DNA of 61,555 bases, counting the filler, from Choristocarpus tenellus KU-1152 (Eukaryota > Protista > Phaeophyceae), in assembly GCA_964200185.2 (NCBI GenBank). It is 8 parts of 8 records of this genome, joined end to end, with 100 filler letters (N's around TTAATTAATTAA, not from the genome) between each part and the next. Parts side by side here need not be neighbours in the genome. Positions count along the whole stretch, not along the records: positions 41,290 to 61,555 come from CAXNAD020000408.1; 7 more parts are not named here. The stretch is one strand, 5' to 3'. The notes beneath the pieces are model-generated. The model ran no database searches. It was given only the letters and a program-made list of their open reading frames with translations, and was not told the origin of the DNA. The position numbers and the translations under genes were made by a program. Position 1 is the first letter of the stretch. Every line of letters begins with the position of its first letter. Positions 55,101 through 61,555 of the stretch are shown here, in pieces.

Positions 55101-58100
55101 TCAATGTGACAGGGTCATGTAGAACACACGGTGATTGTCTTACTAGCTATCACCTTCCAGTTGTAGGAGATGGCAGCATCCATGCCCTTTTTGGCCTCTA
55201 AGAAATTTCCCTCATTAAATAGCATGTTCGCCTGGTTGAAAGGCCAACAAGGTGGATGAGGTGATGTGAGCAGTAAGAAACATTGATTAGTGATAGCTCC
55301 TTTTTTCACCAGTCCTATGACACCCATTGGTGAGACATCAGATAGCATCTACACTCTGGGAGGTGACCGCCTTCTTGACGCTTCACACAAAGACGTACAG
55401 GGCACAAAAGTAGTGGGGGTAAGACAGTGAACAAAGGGAATCTCCTTTCATTTCTACCTTTAGGTGGTGAACCATAGAGATTCTTGTCTTGACATCCCAA
55501 TTGGAAGGGTTGGCATCTAGAGCTCGTCGATAGTCAGACTCAGCCTCTTCAGCAAGTCCGTAGGTTTGGAAACAGTCTCCCCTTTTGGTTAAGGGGAAAC
55601 AGGGTTCAGAGCTCAAGTTATTTCAGGAAAGGATTGTGGATACGCAGGGCTGGTGATCGTTTGCCTTGAGATGGCTGTCCACAGGTGTTTCCATGATATT
55701 GATGCATTGTTGACGGTAAACTGATCCACTTTCAACTCTTGATAGCATCATCCCCTTTCTTTAGAATATCCTTGGAGAATCATTGGGGCATGTCTTTACA
55801 GAGGAAATTAATAGTAAGATAGGATAAAAGGTGTAGAAATATACGTGTTTGTCCAACTTTTTAAGGTGCCCTTGGAGATGGAGTGTTTGAAACAATTTTC
55901 GACGCATGGGCTAGTCTTGTTAGAGGAGTGTAAATTCAAGCGTTTCAGCACACATACTCCTGAATATACATATTTCGTATATATATTGCATATTTTCTTG
56001 TGAGCAACTCAGTCCACATTTGTTCTGAATGTGAAGTAAATTTCAGGTATGAGGCTTAGTACCAAGTAAGTTTGAAATATCTTTGACAAATAGGCGGTAT
56101 CTATGTATCCAGTAGGTGGATAATGTAGAGCATATATTGAAGACGAAACAATGCCATTAATTTCAGGGAGCCTTGCAGCACCTTCCAATTATGCCAGGTT
56201 TTCAGAATGCATGTTGACACTGAAGGTTACTTGGGCAAAGTTTTATTGTTGGGGCCTCGACTGAGACTTTAACTTAAGCAAAGGCAACAGATTTGTACAT
56301 CTGTGCTAAGCACAACTTCGGAGATGCCATGCAGATTCAGGATCATCCCATAGTCGGCAGGTGTGGTAGGGTCAAGTAGGAAATATAGGCAGCACTGTTA
56401 CACGTTTTCATTCAGAGTTCGACTCTTGACATTTTGTTGATTGTGAAGAGTGTACAGTTGATTTGACTGAGGTTGGCGTTAATGGAATAACATATTCCAG
56501 AGAAGATCATTTACAAACCAAACCTGTTTAGGAAGAATCTTGAATCTAGTGCTTCCCCAGTGGTTTTTGAGATATGATGATCACTGGCGATGACAAGGTT
56601 CATGGCCTGGATGGCCTGTTTAAGAATCAGAGGCATCAGGGACGGTCTGAGATATTTGCGATACTACTTCCTGGGGCCCCACTGTTGCAAAGACTGCAGT
56701 TTGACTTGTCTCTTACAATACTGACTGCATTAGACTAATCGAGCTGATGTGGGTTTGACAAGGATGAGCTTAAGGGATTACTTAAAACCTCCAAAACATT
56801 GTGCATGGGTAACTTCCATGAATCTCCACGGTTCAGACTTGTTAATAATCAACCTTTGCAATAATGGAGTTTGACACACACTGCAAACAAATATTTTTAG
56901 GTGGTATTGAACCAGTCCAATAGGTTGCACGCACGAGAGATTAGCTCCTTGGCCTCCAATGTGTGATAAAAGGGGGGGGGGAATTTTGGAAGGGGACCAA
57001 AGGATCAGTCTTGCCTTCGACAACTCCCTCTGAACAAAAAAATGCAGTGCCCAGTCGTTCAGCACCAACATCCTCTGTCTTGTTATATATGTGGGCTCTA
57101 CATACCGAACCCCTTCTTCCCCTGACCCCCCTTCTCTGCTCCCAACACCTGCTGTGACTCCCACCTCCGGCACAAGCCAAGGTTCATTGTTAGGTTGTTC
57201 AGAGGGGGACACATGTGTTGATTCAAAAGTCGCCTGATCTCCTTTCTCCTCAAGCAACCGGGTATGATCCCTAGTAAACAAATACTCTGGGTCGTTGCCT
57301 GCATACGGAATGGCCTGACGGAAACGATCCAGGAGGCGGTCATTCTTGCTCCTCTCCCGGTTCACCTTTGGAATAGCCATGCGTCAATTATTGTTGGTTT
57401 GACTATGAGTAACACCTTTGCAGTACCAAGGTAAAAAAATACCAAGGTAAAAAAATACCAAGCTGAACAATGAGGAAGTGAAGGATGGCTCAAGGGACGA
57501 TTGGAGAAGGAATGAGGGGATATGGCCACATAGTACTGGGTCAATTTAGAAGTGCTGTGGAGTAGGAAAAAATATTGCTCCTTCCAGCACAGTAGGATTT
57601 GCTTCTCTTTCACTAGAGTACTTTTAGTTTGATCAACATTAGTTCTCTAAAGAACGACATATTACATTATACAAGAATGTATTATAATATATAGTGGGCG
57701 TCCTAGTAGTTCAGAGGCTGTGTTGAAAATGCTCTCTCTTCATTAGTTTGATCTTCCTCAACTCTGATATCTCAAGAGGAACCTAGTTTCGATTATTTAT
57801 AAGTCCGCATGGTGAAGCGCTACATGTTGTACACCCCTACTGTCGTATCTGATGTAGGACCCCAGAACGAAGTGGAAAAAATGAGTTTCTTAAAATTAAT
57901 TGCCAGCATGAGAACATTCGAGGGAGAACACAGAGACTGAAGACTCAACCCAACATGTGAGAATTAAGGGATAAGCGGAAGCTGTGTTCTAAGTCATGCT
58001 GGAGCAGTTTGTTCCCTAAGCTAAATGAGATTAGTGCAGTGTGTATTTCCTCTGACCACCGGTAAGGATAGTCCCTAGACTGAAGAGAACATGATTAATG

Positions 58101-60752
58101 CAGTAATAATGATTCATGACAAGAATCACTGTTGTTTTTGTCCTTCAGTTCACACCAGCACACGCATTATCACACGCATTATCACGTGCATTATCCTATC
58201 TCTTGAGCATTGGCAAATATTCAGGGGTGTGTGATGTGCGTGGAAAACGCAAATTGCAAGTCAAGAGCAATGGTAAGGATGATAAGAGCAAGAAATTTCA
58301 GTGATAAGGGACGGTGCTAAGGACTACAATTTCCCCATATGCCCACTTTTAGCTCACATTGCACGCCAAGTTGTCAATCACCTCACGAACCTTGCGGCCA
58401 TCCATGACAGTTCCCTCTTCGAAACTATCAGTACTGGCAAAGGTTGACAATGTACGTTCATTTTATAAACGGAAGGATTTCAATATTGTGACAAATATGA
58501 TGACAAATTCAAGAGTGAAGGCTATCTTGAGGACTGGAGTACCTAGCCTAATGTATAGCACAATGCAAAACGAACAGCGCTTGCTCAAAGAGTTCTTGTG
58601 GTGGAGAGATGACTTGGCCCTACAAAAAAACAATGAATGCACAGCTTGCACAGGTGTACCCACTGTGGTGCAGATTATAGACTACAAAATTGGAGTTTCA
58701 TGGAAACAATTCAGGATTCCAGAAATGTATTGCTGCCCTTTTCTAAATTTATTTACTCACAATTCCATGTGCACGCTGCATTGCTGGTCCTAAGTTTACT
58801 TGAAGGAAATCTTAGCACCCAGGATCAAGGATGACCTATTGCCCCCACAAAACGTGTACCAAGTGACTAGAATACTAATCTTCCCATCTGTTGAATTGTG
58901 GAGGCTTCAAACAAAGGACAAAGGACAAAGGACAGATACTATTTGGTTGAATATTGGTTGCAAGAGGTGAGATCCTAGTAGTTGAATGGCAGGTACAAGG
59001 GAGTTAGTAGAGAGAGAAAAGAATTGACATATCAGTTCCTCCCTAGAAATGCACCCTACTTCTTTAGCGCTCTCACCTCAACTTTCTTGCTACACGGGAA
59101 GGGGAAGCTATTGTGTTGTCCCACACTGTTGGTGCTTGATTGCCTTGTGGCATGACGTCTAGTGGAGTTTCACATTTGAATGCTCCCCAACCGGGGGACT
59201 AAGTGCCTCCAACGGAGAGAGAGTAGGCAAACATTGGGTTGGGCGGCCAAAAGGTATCATTTCTAACCGGTGACAGGATAGGGATTTAGGGTTAGGGTTA
59301 ACTTTTTTCGACCCAGAGGATGGCGATCTGCTTCCAGGATGGTCAAAGTACTGCTCTCAAGTCCTCTTAGGCAATTAGAATGATGTGAGGCAGAACAATG
59401 TGCTTGCCTAAGTAAATATTATACATTGAGGGATCCAAATTATTTGACTTCAACTAGGATTCTTTGAGAATCTATTTCTAGTTTGTTTGTAGCTTGTTTT
59501 TTTGTAGAGGATTGAGAACCTCACACCGTGTTGTGTATGTTAGGGTTAGGGTTAGGGTTAGACGTTTCTTCTCTTTTACTTCGAGGGTTAGGGTTACATC
59601 GAGCATTTTAATTGCAGTACTCTACAGCAAGCACCTTCAGCAGCATGCATAGACCTTTTGGTGCCAAACTCTCTCTGATTCAATGGTGCAGTTGCATGGC
59701 AAATTTTGCAATGAAAAAAATACGTTCAGCAATATAGACCTAATACCCATTGTTCAGCACTATAATGTCTGCAGCCTCATTTGAATGAGTTTTTCCAAGG
59801 TGCCAATAGTATCCTGACACGAACAAATCGGTACTGCAATTTCACTATTACTGGGTCAACATTGGAATATACAACAGAGAGGTGTGAACGACTTGAAAGG
59901 AGATCTAAGTCACCCACACCTCACTCTCACCTGCTCCTCCTCAGCTTGAAGTCTGTTTGTTGTCTGATATTGTGCCTTGGATTTCTTGCCTTGCATGTAC
60001 AAAATCGCCTCGTGAACGGCATGTTTGCCAATATGCACACCCCTAAAGTGCTGAAATGCAGCAAAGTCTAGATCTTTTAGTGCCCCAAGGTAGTCCCCTA
60101 GCCGCCTTTGTTGAGGGATAGGATGCGGTGATGAGTCTATTTATCCCGGCAGAATTCAGAATTTTGCACTGATGAAGATGGTAGAGGCAACAGAAGCAGG
60201 TCAGCCTTATCAGTTATAACTTTGAATAACATTTCACCAATAAGGAAAAAAATGACGAGCATAACTCAGTTGAGACCAATGTAGTGTTTGCACAATGAGG
60301 GTTGAAGTGCTAACCTTTTTCTCACCTTCGACAGGCAGCCCGAATCACAGGTATCTTGATATCGTCCGGTGTGACTGCAGCAACCCTATTCAGAAGCTTT
60401 GATCAGAAATCAAGCCCATGTCCCAAGGACAATATGAGCCGGTCGATTGAAGCAGACTGTGAGAGAACTGGATGCGATGTAGCTTGCCCATGAATGTCAT
60501 GATCCAAAGTTGTCAAACTCTAGATATAAGTAGGAGTCCACTTCAGGTGAAGGTGCCTACAATACACAGTCCCTTGCACCCTCTAACACATACATACACA
60601 GTGGCATGATACCTTTATTGCTGTGCTGTCGTCCCCAGCCTCAGTCTTTGCCTTTGCAATTGCATAGAGTCCCTCAGCCTCCCCCAGTTTTCTTCTTCTG
60701 AAAATTGCTGCCTCTGGGTGATTGGGTTGCATTTCCAGCACACTCATCATAT
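52122..60752 (-). CDS. Tetratricopeptide-repeat protein, TTC16-like, 3' exons (5' part beyond window)
   Basis: Phase-compatible exons 60752-60613, 60396-60326, 60042-59931, 58619-(58576 or 58543), 58433-58358, 57365-57015 (GC donor), 56615-56524, 55581-55458, 55231-55154, 54835-54691, 53601-about 53513, 53131-52959 and 52473-52122. TPR motifs RQRMLVLNDWALHF, FFLNRGDCF...AESDYRRAL, YYVIRGQAFYYLG...DYRTALELDPDN. Confidence 0.85.
53815..54071. mobile_element. MITE family B copy, TSD TTA
   Basis: TTA|GAGCCAAAGTATCTTAGAGGGTA...AGATACTTTCACTC|TTA. Confidence 0.93.
54095..54277. mobile_element. MITE family A copy, TSD TGT
   Basis: TGT|GGCTCAATGTATCTGGGG...CCCAGATACTTTTGGCC|TGT. Confidence 0.92.
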
Positions 60753-61347
60753 CTGTGTTTCCCAAATCTTCCTTGAGGTTTGAGTGGTAAAGAAGGGACA
60801 TTTTTCAAGCAAAGTGGAACGGTGTTTAGTAAGGAAATCGGTTAGTGTGATATTTGTAGTGTTTGGGATAATGTTTGGGGTATGATATGAGAAACAGTAG
60901 AGGAACAGTGCCTGCACTCTTGTGTAGTGCTCAAGAGAACCGCATTGAAGGGCAATGTAGTGGGATGTTGGAAGATTGGCAAATGGATTCGGTATTTTGA
61001 TGCCTGTTCTCGAATAATTCTGTTCTCCCCTTGTCCTGTGTTAGTACATACCCAAAACCATGACTTGGAAGGGCATTTAGAGGGGTTAGGAAATGAGATG
61101 GAGAGATATAACATATCTAGACTTCCTCTCTGGATGTATTATCCAGTCTTGTATGGCCTCCAACCATGTCTATTACCTGATTTCTTCCCATTGCTACAAT
61201 GTAAGAATAAAGAGGTATTTCATTCACGTTTGCTTCATAGGTCCCACATGTGTTAGACTATATTTGTTGCACACCTTGGCAAAATGGATACAACAGAGGA
61301 TAATTGTTACTACTCTACCTAGTCTTCACTTCACATATCACCTTTCA

Positions 61348-61540
61348 GGCTCAAAGTATCTGGGAGGGGGTGGCGGCTGTCCATTTGGGGTCATTTTTTT
61401 CATGTCGCGATTTTTGGGTGATTTGGATGCCATACGCCGGATGGATAATGCAAATGCACTTTTCCCGATTTTGGTCCAAATGGACACCCTCGTGTAGACC
61501 CCCCCCCACCCTCCCAGATACTTTGGGTTAGGGTTAGGTC
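61348..61540. mobile_element. MITE family A copy with an 11-bp telomeric insert in its TIR, TSD TCA
   Basis: TCA|GGCTCAAAGTATCT...AGATACTTTGGGT[TAGGGTTAGGT]C|TCA. Confidence 0.9.
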
Positions 61541-61555
61541 TCACCATGCCCAAGG

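Noticed and set aside
58359-58793. 144-aa plus-strand ORF as a nested gene
   Set aside because: Better explained as the antisense shadow of two TPR-gene exons.

Overview
Eukaryotic, intron-rich genomic DNA made of eight contigs joined by artificial 100-bp spacers (44 N + TTAATTAATTAA + 44 N), so adjacency across spacers carries no biological meaning. The source is probably a brown alga (inference from an EsV-1-7 cysteine-rich repeat exon, TTAGGG telomere-type repeats and long introns). Host genes: a complete 8-exon UDP-glucose pyrophosphorylase (minus strand, about 494 aa); 3' parts of an SLC26/SulP-STAS transporter, an ALG8 glucosyltransferase and a TTC16-like TPR protein; an EsV-1-7 exon; and exons of unidentified genes. 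Mobile DNA: a CRE-like RLE non-LTR retrotransposon (2 fragments); an LTR family (a solo LTR, plus a 5' LTR with a tRNA-Gln PBS, unidentified ORFs and a 42-bp array); a mariner-like relic; LINE relics; and about 17 copies of three MITE families that share one bipartite TIR. The most striking signal is that short TTAGGG/CCCTAA tracts are scattered through introns in both orientations. In several places they can be shown to be derived, replacing or inserted into known MITE sequence at TTAG/GGGT seeds, which suggests telomerase-templated editing or repair at internal sites (an assembly artefact must be excluded). GC-AG introns also appear unusually frequent. All exon coordinates were derived by manual reading; no database searches were run.
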